A stretch of 64,000 nt of DNA, from contig OZ037765.1 of NCBI GenBank assembly GCA_964035545.1, forward strand, positions 14,208,698 to 14,272,697. Reading direction: 5' to 3'. This stretch comes from Bugula neritina (taxonomy: Eukaryota > Animalia > Bryozoa). The notes beneath the pieces are model-generated. The model did not search any database, was not told the origin of the DNA, and saw nothing but the letters and a program-made list of their open reading frames with translations. Below are positions 25,814 through 57,500 of this stretch, piece after piece; position 1 is the first letter of the stretch, and every line of letters starts with the position of its first letter. Both the position numbers and the translations under genes were made by a program.

Positions 25814-27264
25814 CTGTATGTGTACACATTAGCTATGGGTTTTAGTTATTTTTATAGACATGGCTTCTAACACTTGGTAAGAATATTATGAATATAATAA
25901 CTCATGCTGTGATTGGGTATATAAAATGTGCAATTAGCAGTGTAGTATGTGAGCCAATGTGCAGTGTTTAATGCTTATATAGCAAGCTTGATAAAGTTTT
26001 GTTTTCTTGAATTTTAACAGCTAATAGTAGAGCTTTATATTTATAGTTTGTAATAATTTTACTGCTAACATCGTTTATAGCTGTCTGGCTGAGTAGAAAA
26101 TAGTTTTCATTTAGATTAGATTAATAGGTCGAACAGTAAGAGTTGATGGTAATTTATTTAACGCGTTTTAGATGGTGAGCTAAGGTTTAAAGGTTCAAAC
26201 TTTATACTTAGTGTAGCTTTGCAGATTGCTCAGGACAAAAATTGTTTGGTAATTTATAGTTGACCTTATAACTTACGTTTGAATTGTGTGTATCTTGTCA
26301 CATATAACAACGTAGTATGTGTGTAATTACTGAATAAACTAAAGAATTATAACTACCACCTCATTTTTACAACTGGATGATACTGTGATATGTTTCTAAA
26401 GACAAATTTTTTCTAATTGGTATATAATTGATCCTTAGATTTATTTTATTGATAGAAATGGAAAAAACAATTTTCAAAGAGCACACTAAGAACTTGTTTT
26501 TTATTGTACTACAAATTGAAAAATTTTTTGTTAATTTATGAGCTTTTCAATATGTATAGAGCAATATAGGAATAGCTGCAGTTTGTTTTCGGGCATCACC
26601 TATAATTACTCCTCCATAAAATTTTTATAAAGTATATGTATATATTAGTTAATCATTTTAAACTTTTCATGAAATTTGTTTCTCTTATACTCAACTAACA
26701 GGTTTAAAGATGACAAGCTCATGTTTGCTAACATGTTGCACTTGACTCGATATGAATAAATTACTTTCATGTTAAAAGTTCTACACGCAAAACATACACG
26801 AGTAATTAAAATGTAAATAAGAAAAATGAAAAAAACTATTTTTGAGCAAAATTGAATGATGAAATTCTCTTAATTTATCAAGTTTTTCATAAACATGGCT
26901 TGTTGGAACACTTGCTGTTCAGCGATTTAGCATAACTTATATTTTTTGGTTTCTCATACAGCTAATTTTTTTACCGACTATGAATAGTAAATCTTAACAA
27001 TTAAAAATACTGCTATCAAAGTCGAATACTTATAACCTGCAGTTTATTATTGTCGCAGGTAATTTATGAAGAAATAATGCAGCATCAGTCTTCAGAGTTA
27101 TTCGGTTGCTAAAATATCACAACTGTGTATTATTTTGAGGTTATTAAACATCTTCCTGGATGGCACTTAGTTGGTAGCACAACACTTATTTATAGGACTT
27201 GGTTACTTTAACCATTGATATTAATAGGTCATCTGGTAATGATTGGTACGTTCAATACGACGAT

Positions 27265-35713
<8,449 letters not shown>

Positions 35714-35738
35714 TTCTAGATCTTTCTATTCATTTAGC

Positions 35739-35739
<1 letters not shown>

Positions 35740-35819
<80 letters not shown>

Positions 35820-35875
35820 ACATATTATATATACATATTATATATACATATATGTATATACATATATGTATATAT
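35740..35875. repeat. (TA)n microsatellite in the TTLL1 3' UTR region
   Basis: Direct reading. Confidence 0.95.
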
Positions 35876-36556
35876 ACTATTTGTTGTATAATCTTTACTT
35901 TTAATTTGCCTTTGGAGACCACTTTTTTATTAACTATGGTGTGTGAGGCTGAAAACTTAATAACAGTAGCAACAATGTTATATTTATTTTATTCAGCTTT
36001 AAAAACAATTATAATTGGCAATTAAATTGCAACTGCATATATTTTTCATTAATTCATTGCATATAGTATTGGTGTCATGTAATATTTCATGTAGCAAGCA
36101 ATATGTGTTTATATGATGGTACAATGGTTAACTTATTTATTTATTTATTTGGCAACAATATACATTTTTTATTTTTGTATCAGTTGGAAAATTAGCTAAT
36201 ATACCTGAAGTGGTTAATAAAACCATAATCGAGTCAGAAAATAGTCCAATTCTGGAGTCAATTTGAAATCAAGTTATGGCATTTCAACTGAAGTCGACAT
36301 GAAGAGAATAGTGTACTGTGTTATTGTTGATGTAGTTCTACTCAGAAAGACACAGCAAACAATATTTACAAAAATAGTTTGATTTAAAAGTACATATTTG
36401 AAAATACTTGTTGGTATGAAGTAGGCTTGCTAAAGCCAAAAAAATTATTTTGTGACTGTTTGTAGATACATACACACACGCATGCACGCACGCACACACA
36501 CACAGGCGTATGTGTGTAGTTCTTACTATGAATGTATATATGTATAGTTTATTTAA

Positions 36557-39500
36557 CTAAAATTCTCTCCATAACACAGTGAGAAATGACGCCAACAATA
36601 TTAGCATTGTCATTACATAAACAACAAACAAAGCTGTTGACTTTGTGTGAGGAGCTGAGTGCGGTGATCTTCTGCTTGTGTCATCAAAACCCATACTGTC
36701 GTATAGCGGAACTCCTTGGTCATCATTCTTTCTAATTTGCTGTGCATCTACATACAATAAAGCCAAGGTGATGCAGAAATAAAGAAAACATTTTTTGCAA
36801 TGTTGCAGACAACTTACTTAGCAGGCTTTCATTCTATTGTTAATAATAATTGTACAGTAGCTGCATCCCTTGCTTTCACCTTTTCATCAGACTGTTTAGG
36901 AAATTCTGGTTCATATGTAGTTCACAATGTGATGCATTAAATGATGAATTGGGAGAGTTTTTCTTACAAAATATGTGTTTCATTGATAAGTACAAATGTG
37001 TTTAGGGTCACTCAAATGAAGGACTGAATAGGTTGAACAAAACTTAGATGAATAAACTTTAACTCACTCTCATCTCCCCCCCCCCCCCCCGCTCATGAAA
37101 ATAGTGATAAATTCTATTACTAATGAAACGTAGCAGTAAGGTACTAAACTACTATTTTCAAAGGGGATAGACTGTTGCCTCACTCATCTGATCTTTATAA
37201 GCTCAGTCTAATCAGCTAAACTCTAAAATACACTCTTGTTGATTTAGCTTTAACCGAAACTTTCATAGTGCTTATTGGGAATGCAACCCCATGCGGAGAA
37301 ACATAAAGATGGTGTAACAATATCACTTTACAATGATCTTCAGAGCATCATAATTTTCTAGGCAGTAGGTACTTTGACATGTCTAATAAGATTGGAATTT
37401 AGTTGCTTTGCTGCAATACTAACTTTAATGTAGAAATACAGCACCCAGGTAATATTTTAGTCTGTGTTCCTTGATATGAAAACTGGTAAAGTTAGACTCC
37501 CATAACAAATGCATGCACCCTCATACTCATACAATAAAGTAATAGGTTTCACTAAGGATACTGAGTTCCTTAGTTTCACCTCTTCCTGAAAATGTTTTCC
37601 CTTTGGATATTTAACTTACTACTCTACTTTAGAAGCTTTGGGTTATTATCGTGTGAAATAGGTAAGGTTAGTTTTTATGACTATAGTAATGCACATCCTT
37701 ATGTCCAATACAAAGATATAATTAGTAGTGTTGACTGTTAAGGCTTAGAATACAGCAGCTGTTTTATATACATAATGTAGTATAGATGAGTAATTTATGC
37801 TGTATCACAAATCTCCTAAAATTTTCATCCGTTTTCATACCAACCTTCAAAATCTCGTGGTGCTGTACATCGTTTCCTGATTTCTAGCACAAATATAGCA
37901 AATATCTGAAAACCAAATAGACCACCAACTATTCCTTTACCAGCCGTTTTCATGGTCTCACTCATGTAGTGAATGTTTGCTCCAATCATCATTGTAGCAG
38001 CCGCCAAAACATAGACTACAATGGCGGTTAACCTGTGCATGAGGTTGAAGGCTATTCGTTTTGTTCCAGCATCACCATCTGGTCTGGCTAGCCCCATAAT
38101 TACCTGCACCACTGTAAGAATCATCACTGCAACGCCACAGCCAGCGTGAAGCAGTTCTTTCTGTAATTTGTAAAAGAATTAATAAGCATTTATAAACTAA
38201 TTTTAAATGTATATCCTTAGGTAAAGTTAGTTGAACTTTTAAATTCTAACAGGAAAAAACATTAGTAAAGGCAACAAAAGGTAAAAACTTTTTAACATTG
38301 TAAATTTGAGACTCAGTTCTATGGTTTCTTGTGGAGAATTTTAATACATGGAGTTCAGGAACAGCATAGTTTATATAAGTATACCATCAAAGTATTCACC
38401 TTCAAAACGCTTCACAAGCATTTTCGAGAATGTGAAAAATAAATTGCTAGATTACTATTGAACTTTTTGTTTTTGCCAGAAACATCAAGCATGGTTTGCA
38501 CAAACATAGCAGCAGTTGGTACAAGTCCTACATAGTTCATTACCTTTTCAAGTCCCATCACTCGTATGTATATGCTAATAAATCCAGCTGATGTAAACAG
38601 CGCTGCCAATAACGCTAACCATTTGTGTATCTGCAACACAGCAGCAGCACAGTTTAGTTTACAAAAAATATGTTTTTATTTCACAAACACTAAAACTTGA
38701 AGCCTTCTGAACAGCTACTTTTAATATGAGCAAAGGAGTCAACATTTTGATGTGGTTCTTTCATAGCCATGTGTCCACAGCCTATACTTGGTATGAGCTG
38801 CTCAAGTTTTATATTGCGATGTTTTCCTCTATAGGTTTTCATGCGAGGTTCCTTATATTTTTACGATTTGACTTGAAAGTCCATGCTTGCTTTCTATACA
38901 AGCCTTTCAAGAAAATATTTGTACAGCGGTGCACAACAGTAAAGATTTTCTGCTTTGACCAAACCAAATTCAAAGTTAACAATATGTCAGATCTTAACTA
39001 GAAGGTTTAGTTTGACTATTTGCATGCATTATACTTGCCTGAAACTGGAACCAGCTTACCTGAAACCAAGCCTTGGCACCACAGATCATATCACTAGTAC
39101 TAATGAATCCATCTTTATAATATCTAGAGATGATTATTGCAATCGATATAACTCCAGACCAGGCTAGGACCATGAATGTTGCTAAAATCAATGATTTAAT
39201 ATGTATAGTATAGCTATAGTTATTATAGCTATAGTTATTAACTAATTGATAGCTAGTTATCTTTTAGACTAAAGTGTGGGCATTTGAAATTTATGGTAAC
39301 ATAGAGTTATTAACACTATGAAACAAAGTTAAAAATATTATAATAGGGTATAATGTTATCTATATTTCAATAACTGCTTTGTTTAACTTATGTCTATAAG
39401 AGGTAAGTTGAGTAAACCCTAACTTTCTCTCTTATTGCAATGTTAGACACTCGAAAGGGCTGAAACACCATGATAAATTATTTTCCTTTGTTGAAAAAGA

Positions 39501-42500
39501 TAAAGAATTTATATTCAGCCTACCATGTAGTTTTACTGTGTCATGTAAGTAATAAAACTTAGTTCGACTTTTCTTGTTGAAAGCAACTTTAGACTGAGAT
39601 ACCATTGGCAGTTGAATATGTTTAAGGACAGTCTCCTTGGCACCTGAAACATGACACAGTGTAGTAATATTTCCCCAACAAGCTAGCTTAAGTCTCTACA
39701 GTTTGATTGTAAGTTGTCTCACCTTCATATGGCACTCCCCATGTTAGGTAGATATAATGCTCAGCCATTTGTAAACTGTGAGTGTAGTCAACAATGAAGT
39801 TGGCCAGCCCTTTGTGCCCATAGTATGTGAAGTTCCCTTTCAATTTCCTAGTAAACTCACAAGAAATGGCTCCGTCAACTGACTGAATTGCTATGTCAAA
39901 TACTTCATCCTATAAGAAGCTATCTGCATTGGCGTCTCACAAAGTTAAAGTTTACAAAGTTACAAACAAGAGGAGAGTAAGATTTACTGTTATATAAACC
40001 GAATTTTTCTTAGTGTTGCTACTGTATACATTATAATTGCTACACATTGCAACTTGCCTTATAATTCATAGCGCATCCTTTAGCACTGTAATCACGTTAT
40101 TATACACGCGCACTGTGAATCTACACAACACCTAAATATCTGTACAATATATGGTACACTTACTGACTGTACTTTGATGTTGTAGTATGCTGGGTTGTAA
40201 CCATGGGCAAAGTCTAAAGCACCTGCTATGTCCATGCATATGAATGTCTCATCATGTGTCTATATCGAAATACAACAATTGCCCAGCTTTTCTTCTTTCA
40301 ATATAGCAATATCTTATGACCCTGTATGATATTTCTACTGCCATTTATATCTATAATGGTTCATATCTACAGGCCAGATTAGAGATGAGTTCGCACATTT
40401 CCACAAGTTGCAGATTCACATGACTTCTCCATAATTAATTATTTTGTGCTGTGTTATTGTCACAAATATTATATTAAATGATGCAAATTTTATAAAGTTG
40501 AAAAACATAAGTTTTAAAGAAATAAATTCATCAGTTTTAATAAACTTCTGGTTCATTTTGTTGTGAATTAATGTAACTATTATCAACAACTTTCTTCATT
40601 GAGAAAAATTTCATTTCATTTCTTTCACTTCAAACTGCTTATGCTATAACTATTTTACTGTAAAATTTCAGTTTCTCTTTGCCATGTTTCTCTCAAAAAG
40701 ACGAGGTGGGTTACTATTTAGTTTTTCTTGTCTTGTAGCTATCTACTGCATCTAACTAAAGGGCACAGAATATTGTTTTAATAATGCTAACTGACCTGTC
40801 TGTATCTCATATAAAACCTACCATTTTTTGATCACTGGAGATCCCCATTCCAACGTAAGATTGTAAGCTTTTAGCTTGCTTATTCAACAGTCTGAATCGT
40901 ATTCCACCGACAACAGGGAAATAGGAGATAGCAAAATTGCAATCATCTGCTGAGCAATCTTTAGGGTGAGTAACACATCCACTTTCAGTGCCACATTTAT
41001 CCAAATTCAGTTGCGGCATGAAATCACCAGTTTCAGTCTGGAATAAACAAGCACAAAATACATTGTCACTAAGGATTTGGTGCCTGAACAATCCCTTTCT
41101 CGTGCAAGCATATAGTTTAAATATACTCATACTGCATGGTTAAAATGAAGGATAACATACCTCTAAATATATTTAATATTCTGCAATACTGACCTGTAAA
41201 GGCTGTACAACGACATTAGGCTGAGCTGAGAATTTTGCTGTCAGTACTGCTGTGTGATTCACCCAGAACTTGGTGAAATGCTTAACCACTGTTGCACTAA
41301 AGATTAAATCACCAACAGAAACTTCAGGTGCCTTCCAAGTAAATATAACTTGTCTTGTCTTAGTAAACTTCTTGCCATGAGAAACGCAGTTCTAGATGAG
41401 ACAGAAAGCTCAAACAATAGCTATAACTGCAAATCATTAAGTTGGCATTTGTCTATAAACACTAACATGCAGTCACTCTTACTCTATTCATTTTATTTTA
41501 CAATATTTCTTGAGCTTTGTACTATTGGTAATAACAATATGATACACACAGCTGAGCTGCAATTTTAGTAAAATAATATAGCAACTTATATTAATGGAAA
41601 ACTGCAAGAAAGTATATGTAGGCATTTTAAAATAACCTGTATATAATTGATACTGGCGGATTTTCAAATGTAAAACGTTGTAAAGTTGGGATAAAATAAC
41701 AAAGACAAGCTTTATATTATTCATTAGGCATTGAATCAACATCATTATGCGTGAAATGCTAATTTGTGATTATTTCCAAACTTGTTATATAGTGAAATAA
41801 AGCTCAAGAAGTCACCTAATAAATAATTTTTACTGCCTAATTTAGTGAATTTGATTGGGCAAGCTGTCTGCATAAAAATTCTTATAAATACTTTCTTTCG
41901 ATGACAAATCCATCAGTGAGACTATCTAATGCAAGTAACTGGTTTATACAGCACTATCTCACAAGTTTGAGTGACTTACAGTAACATTGCTATAGTATAT
42001 GTAGGGCGAAGAATGTTGTGGATAAGTGAGAAATTCACCAAAGAGCTGGTCCCATCTACCGAAAGTGCTGTGAGCTGCTATTTGGAAACCTTTAATCTTG
42101 TCGGTTGTAGTGCTAGTAATGGTTACTAAAATTAACCAAATATAATTCTATAGCATTTGATACTATAATTATTGTATATCTTTGGTTGTTTAACAAGTTT
42201 CTTTTTTTTTGTGGGGTTGTGCTTTTCTATTAATTGGCCATTTTAATTCAAGAAGCACAAATGAGTAGCAGAAAAAGAAATTTTTGAAACTGCTAAAATT
42301 CGCACAATTCTCTAAAACTGCAGTTTAATTAACTAGTTTTACAAACTTACTATATAAATGTATTTTAGATGCAGGTGTATAGCAAGTTTACAACATTGTT
42401 TCCTAGCTGCAGCAGATAACATTGATAGTCAATGTGCTAGAAAGCTCACAACTATAGCAGCTCACAACAGACCTGTTATAATGTCACCAGGACTGTACTC

Positions 42501-43287
42501 TGTAGCTGATAGACTTAGTCTAAAAGGTGTTGGTTTTTTTAACCTGAATGTCCCACCATGATGAGGGTATGGATCATTACAAATACTCAGAGGCCCTCCA
42601 GTAGGATAGGCTTCCAGTACTCCTGAAATTATTAGCCTATAAATATTATCGGTATACCTACTAAATGGAGTTAAACATGTAATTCATAAACTACTTGTGT
42701 TGTCTCAAGTTACTCTCATTATAATATTCCTTTGAAGTTTAATATTATGCGTTGACTTTATTTTCTAGCCAGGGGCAAATTTATAGCTGATAAATTAGCT
42801 TATATCAATTTATTTACTAATGCTTCTCTTCAATTTCACTATTGAGCAAAATTTAGCATAATAAAGGCTTTCAAATTCAACCTACCTGTTTTCAATAACT
42901 TTTAAGCCTTGCAGGACAATTTTGATAAAGATAAAGGGTCCAACTAGTCTATTTCAATTTATGATTATATATATTGGTAGCTTAATTATAATAATGACAA
43001 GACCACATATATAGTAAAAAGAACAGAGCAAAATATTATATACAACATTACCATACGAAACATATGTTCAGTTATTATATAGTAGGTTAAAATAGTATTG
43101 TACACAAATTTGGTTATAAATGAGATAACAATACATACACATGTATTTAATTACATAGTATGAAATATGCACAAACACAAATAATATTTTCTTAGTTTTT
43201 ATTTAAAACTAAAGAGCTTGCAGTCTTACCCTCCTGTAGTGCAACTAAAACAAGCAGAAAAAAGGCTTGCCATGTAATGCTTGCCAT
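36557..43287 (-). CDS. FRRS1: Ferric-chelate reductase 1-like (signal peptide, reeler, DOMON, cytochrome b561), paralog A
   Basis: Exons 43287-43230, 42622-42473, then approx. 42126-41980, 41392-41193, 41038-40822, 40260-40164, 39909-39723, 39644-39523, 39182-39060, 38630-38544, 38160-37844, 36746-36557. Motifs: IKGFQIAAH and WKAP...FSATV (reeler), CGTESGC and GISSDQKM (DOMON), four b561 His (KLH, WFQIH, LLH, FNLMH). Confidence 0.9.
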
Positions 43288-46151
43288 TTTTGTTGCTCAG
43301 GTCTTTCCATGAAATAGATATACTGGTTTTCAAAACGAGCTGGAGATGAAGCTATGTATAGTACTACGTTTTAAGGGATTCATATACCTGCATAAAATGC
43401 CAAGTGATTGGCTAGAGAGCGCCAATTAGTGGATAAATAACACCTTTGGCTGTGCTTTTACTCTTGTGAATGTTTATAGAACGGAAGTGTGAGGTGCCGA
43501 GTTTATATGTGAAGCATATGTGTCACTTAAGCAAGGTTTTGGCGGCCTTCAGTAGTTGCATGGTTTGGAGAGTTAGTACATAACAACCATTCTCTATGTT
43601 TAATCAAAATAGACACACAGAAAATTTAATTTTGGAAAAAGGATAAACCTAAAACTGTAAAAAGTTGCAAAGAGCAGTTTGATGCAAGCACTGCTTGTTG
43701 ATGCCATTTTGTTGTACTTCCCACAGCCATTACAATAAGCTGCGTGAAGTTTGAATCTGTGATCGGGAAATTATAATATATTTTATTCATTCAGATTCTC
43801 ACAGCTTAATTTAATTTAAATTACAAATACTTTTGAAATAATAACGGCAAATTGTTAGGCTTTTGAATTAACAAGCGTGAGATATTTGAATTAAACTGAA
43901 AAATTATCGACCCTCTAATTTTAATTTCAGAATGATTAATTAGAAAATGCATACACAAATGTGCTTTTGCTCAACATACTTTTAAGTATTAATTTTGTAC
44001 ATATCTTGACTTTATAACTTCGACATATAATAACATGCAAAATATTTTTACAATTAGCATGGGCCTGTAAGTAAATATTGCATATAGTATTTTTTGTATT
44101 AAGCAAAAAGTGGGTATATATACATGTTATAAAGTGAAGATCCTGAGTACAACTGTTCACACTTTTTGACGCCAGCCAATAAAAATATTTTAAGATGGAA
44201 GTAGGATCCTGCCACCAGCATTGCAACAACTTTCGGGTCTAACTAGCTTTGTTTGGTTTTACACACTCAACTTTACTTTCTCATTTTCTGCACTATTTTC
44301 TAATAATGTATTAAGTAAACTCCAACTCTTAAGTGTCTTATAGTCAGTTATCATATACACAGCTTCATTTCAAAGATTGTATCTGAAGCTGTGTACTCAC
44401 TCTCTGCTCTAATTCTACACTGCACACAATGCATATTGTGTAAAGTACTCTTACAGGTATATATAATCCATTTTATATATTGTTTAAATTAGTTCTAAAA
44501 TATTTAATTTATAGTTTGTGGTAGTTATTCAGTCATAATTGCGCCTGTGCCTCATTTAAATAAGTCCTTAGCCCGCTTTAACAAAAACCTTTTCCATCAG
44601 GGGTTTCTCAGAGGGATAGATAAACTTGCGTGAGTTTGTGGTAGACTGGTAGTTATTCTTATTTAGTAAATTTCAAACAGTTCGAGATAATTTTTAATAA
44701 AAACACCTGTGACCTGTGACCTAGTAAGTAAAGATGCTGGTATATCATGACTCAGGCCACATTAGACTGGTAGATAGAATTCTGGCAGATACTTACCTAA
44801 ATTAGCGAAGAGTATGCAGTTGTAAACTCATCAAAGCATAGTCCAAGTTCTCTAACTGTGTTTTAGCCTAGTATGAGGCAAACTTCAAAGCTAACCTAAA
44901 ATCTCTTATGCATCAGGGTTTCCAATTGATGGCTATAAGATATGTTGGGGAGTTCAATGGATACTTCCTGACCTTGCTATGTCAGTTTGGGACAAGTATA
45001 TTGCGACCTAAACAGCAGAAATTATCTTACCAAAACACGACATATAGCCTAAAATCTAGTAATTACTCCTTGGTCATACTTTTCTCACATAATCACATTT
45101 ATTCATAGGAATATTTATCAGTTTTCTCCCCACCTTTATTTCATGACCCCACAACTCAAAGTTTATTTTATAGCTGTTTATCTTCACTCGTCTTTTTTCT
45201 CAAGCTAAGTATTGTAGTTATATTACAATGCACAATTTTCCTTTGATGGATATCATAGTATACATTACAATAATAAAACAAATTAAGTATGCTAGATTGT
45301 ATGAACTGCAACTTATCTGCAGTCTGCCCCTATCCTGTCCCAATAATAGCTCAAAGAGTTTAAAATAGATCAAACTCATCTATACCTGCCAGCAAACTAA
45401 AGCTCCTTAGATGGACGACTGTAGTCCTGCACAGGTAGCCAGCAAACTAAAGGAACTCAACAAAATAACAGTATGAATAATTTCTAAGCAGTAAATTGTA
45501 AACTGATGTATAGGTAAATACTATTATTTGTGAGTATACAATAACATGTTTATATATAGTAAGGTTATTATATCTCTTGCACAACTGAATGAATTTTTAT
45601 CATGAAACCAATCATGCAGCCCTTCAGATCAAGATTCAAAACTGGTTATTCTACCACATTTCCACTACAGCCGAAGCTCTAAACTTTTCATTTGTGTGCA
45701 GAACTGTGAATTTTTAATTAGCTTACAGTTTCTAATTTTTAAATGTGCATTTTAGTTTAAAGCAATTGCTTCATTTCACAGACAACTTCTTATGCAACAA
45801 GCATTTGCTGCACTTATCTCCTCTTACTTGTTATTATAAGTAATAAATAAACTAATGTTTTCTTTTGAAAATTACATAAGTAATGACATGCAAAAAGTTT
45901 ATTTAATATTTACATTAATCATTAATGTTTTGACAGCGTTGAAGTTAGCTACATGTTGAAAGTTATGGTAGTCACAACTCCCAAGTACAAGCAACTGGTT
46001 TTATTAGTTTAGCCTTCAAAATAAATTTTAATTAAATTTGCTATCCCCTAAACTACTATTCTTTAAAATTGAAAATGAGTTCCACAAGTAATATTATATT
46101 TATAGCTCAGCATACCTATATATAGTGTCATTCCAGATAGACACTTGCCAG

Positions 46152-46378
<227 letters not shown>

Positions 46379-46461
46379 ACAATTCTTACATAAGTTCATA
46401 ACAATTCACACTTCCTTGTAAAGTGTTTGGTTTTTTTATAAAAGAACTATAAAATGATGTT

Positions 46462-54561
<8,100 letters not shown>

Positions 54562-57500
54562 CTCAACCAATAAACTATGCAGAGAAATTTAGTTAATAAG
54601 AGTTAGCAGCGAGTAAACCTGCTACAAGGTGTCTGAAATAAATGCTGCTATGACTGAAGGTCTGTCAACAAAGCCATATATTATATCAACTGTTCATAGC
54701 CTACTAACTCAGCCTTATCTCTTGTTAAAACCGGTTTCACCTATTTAGATACATAAACATAGACCTTATTTCAAATACCAATTATCAGTAAGCAATGCTA
54801 CAGCTTGCTTCAAACCCTCATTGCATAATGTCATTTTACAAGGCTTTACAACCATTGAAATATAATTTGTAATAATCAATTCAAGGTTCCAACTAATAGA
54901 CGAGAAAATTTAGTTATATAAGCACAAACTTCACGTGACAAGATTGACAGTTTTTATGTTGTGGAAGCCGATCAACTGCTATTATAATTTCCTTGGGATT
55001 TTTAAACAATGCTGATGCATGGAATATTACATATAATATCCTCAATAAATGCAATGTCAGTACAGGTAGGTAAAAGCATGTTTGGTTAAGCAGAGATAAA
55101 AGTAGGTGATAGAAAAGGCACGCTATGGCCTAGCACCTATATAACATCCGGGTTGCTGTTTGATAAAAAGGTCTAGGCATTTGTGCCGAATTACTATCAT
55201 TCCATGTAGCCCAGTAAAACACTTTAAAATTATTACATTTTTAATAACTGTAATTTACCATTCAAAAGTTGAATCAAAAAATCAATATTGTTCAGCTACC
55301 ATAAAAATGAGCTTTCATATAGAGATTTAAAATTTTTAGCTGCTGCTGTTGCTGCTTTCATGCAGTTTTGAAACTCTGACTTCTACATCAGAATAACTTA
55401 AAATGCACTTTTATTTGCTTATGCTTTGAATTAATACAACAGTTGGTGCATCAGGTGACCAGGTATATTGCTGCTGCAAGTTTTGCATTAATTTTCCATT
55501 TGCCAACCAAGCCAACTTTAACCTAATACCCAGATTAAAGTATTCTACAGTAAATGGCAATGCTTATATTATAGTGGTGTATAGGTGGGCAGTTTAATGG
55601 TAGCATCTGGAAGCACAGTTACAGAGTCTTCTTAGTGTAAGACACCAAATATGTAAATATATTTGAAAATAAAAGATAAATAACAAAACAACATCAAACT
55701 TGCATAAAATATTACTATACCAAAAGTATTTCAACAAAGCAGTCATATACTAGGCATTTATTATAATATGTAAAATAGTTTTTAATGGTTTGGCTGATGG
55801 AAAAGTTCACATTAATAATAAAAGAAGGAGCTTTTTTATTGCATAAAATTCACAAAACCTATTTTTTGTCTTGTACCCATTATATATCTCAGTTGTTTTG
55901 AACATAATCTCATTTTTTGATGAAATCCATAAACATATCATTTTGCAAAAGATAATTTTACTTTATGATGAATTAGCTCACTGTAGGAAATCTATGCCTT
56001 TTATTTACTGCAACTTTAAGTTTACTTCAATCACTCCATACTCTTACTCTTTCATATTTATTCATATTTTCAAAAACTTTTGTCAGCTATAAGCTTATAT
56101 TTCATATCTGATTAAATAACTTTTATTAAATGTCAAAATTCCGTAAACCTTTTAAAGCACTTAATTATGAGTTTACTGTATTATGCACCTATGCCCAGTT
56201 ACTACATGTTTCTTCTATGCCTATATCAAAAGAATTACCACAGTATAGAAGGACAAAAACCACTCAGGAAAAACAACTTGTAAGTTAACTGAAACTTGGG
56301 AACTAGTAACCAGAGAGCTTTGCCTTGTTCATATCCTGTTTAAAACACAAACAAAACAATCTTGATGAATTTACTTTTTTCAACAAACAAAACTATATTG
56401 CATGTTTGGCAATTAGGCTAATCCACTATTCTACAAAACCAATAACGTTATTTGGAAAGAAATTTAAACGAAGAAAAGCTTAACTGGCCATAATGCATAT
56501 AATACTCTGATAATTAAACAAACAAATTTTGTTGATAAAAGAGTGTGCTGTGTAGAAAAGTGTGATCTCTGGTGTTACATCATGAACCTTTTTATATTTT
56601 ACTCAAACCTCTGTCTTCTTTATTCAATAAGTTTCTCTTGCACTGACTGCAGTTGCAAGTTGTTATGACTCATGACTTATTACTTTATTAATCCAACCAT
56701 CAATTGGCATGCAAAAGCAGTTGGAGAGTTTTTAGTGATATTTGGTGGAATCTTCATTAAGCATGCTATATTAAAGAGTTATTCATTATAGATAAATGTT
56801 TTAGATAAGAGGTTTTCTTCTTAATTACATGTTTGCATTTCAAGTGAGAATTTGCAAAATTAACAAACTTGTCCGTTTTTATTTATAAGAACATTATTTT
56901 AATGCTGATTTTGACATCAATAAACTTCATAAATTTTTAGAATTACCTGAAATTTTATTCCAGGATAGCTATAGGTAAGGAAAGTTCATACTATTATTAT
57001 GTTGGTGTCATATAATGCTTCTCTCTGTGTTTTGGTGCAACATGCGCTACAGAAAATGAGAATGTATTTCTAAAAATAAATCTGTTGCATCTTGACTGCT
57101 CTTGATGCTACTAATGGCGAGCTGGTGTGCAATCAATGCTCATACTAAGGACAACTCCAAATAAACAGCTCATGAATGCATGTAGGTTGTATGGTTTCAA
57201 CAGGCTTTCTTTATCAAGTAAAAAGAAGAATATAGTTTCAAAATCTGCTGTGTATTTTACTGTTTTTAGAAAACTAAATTATACTTTGTCAATAAAATTG
57301 TAAAAAAGGATGGTAGGCATATATTAGAGTTGGGATCAAAAAATAAACATAAAAATCATGATTTTTTGTATAGAGGAGTTTTCTACTCGTCAACAAAATT
57401 ATTCTGCATCACCCATGTTCAGAACAAGCATTGTTACCTGGTTTAATGTATGTATAATAAAAGCAATTAAACTTAGTCTAAGCTGCTATATGCTAGTATA

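Noticed and set aside
27105-27118. X-box in the TTLL1 promoter (GTTGCTAAAATATC)
   Set aside because: Only one good half-site; too weak to call.
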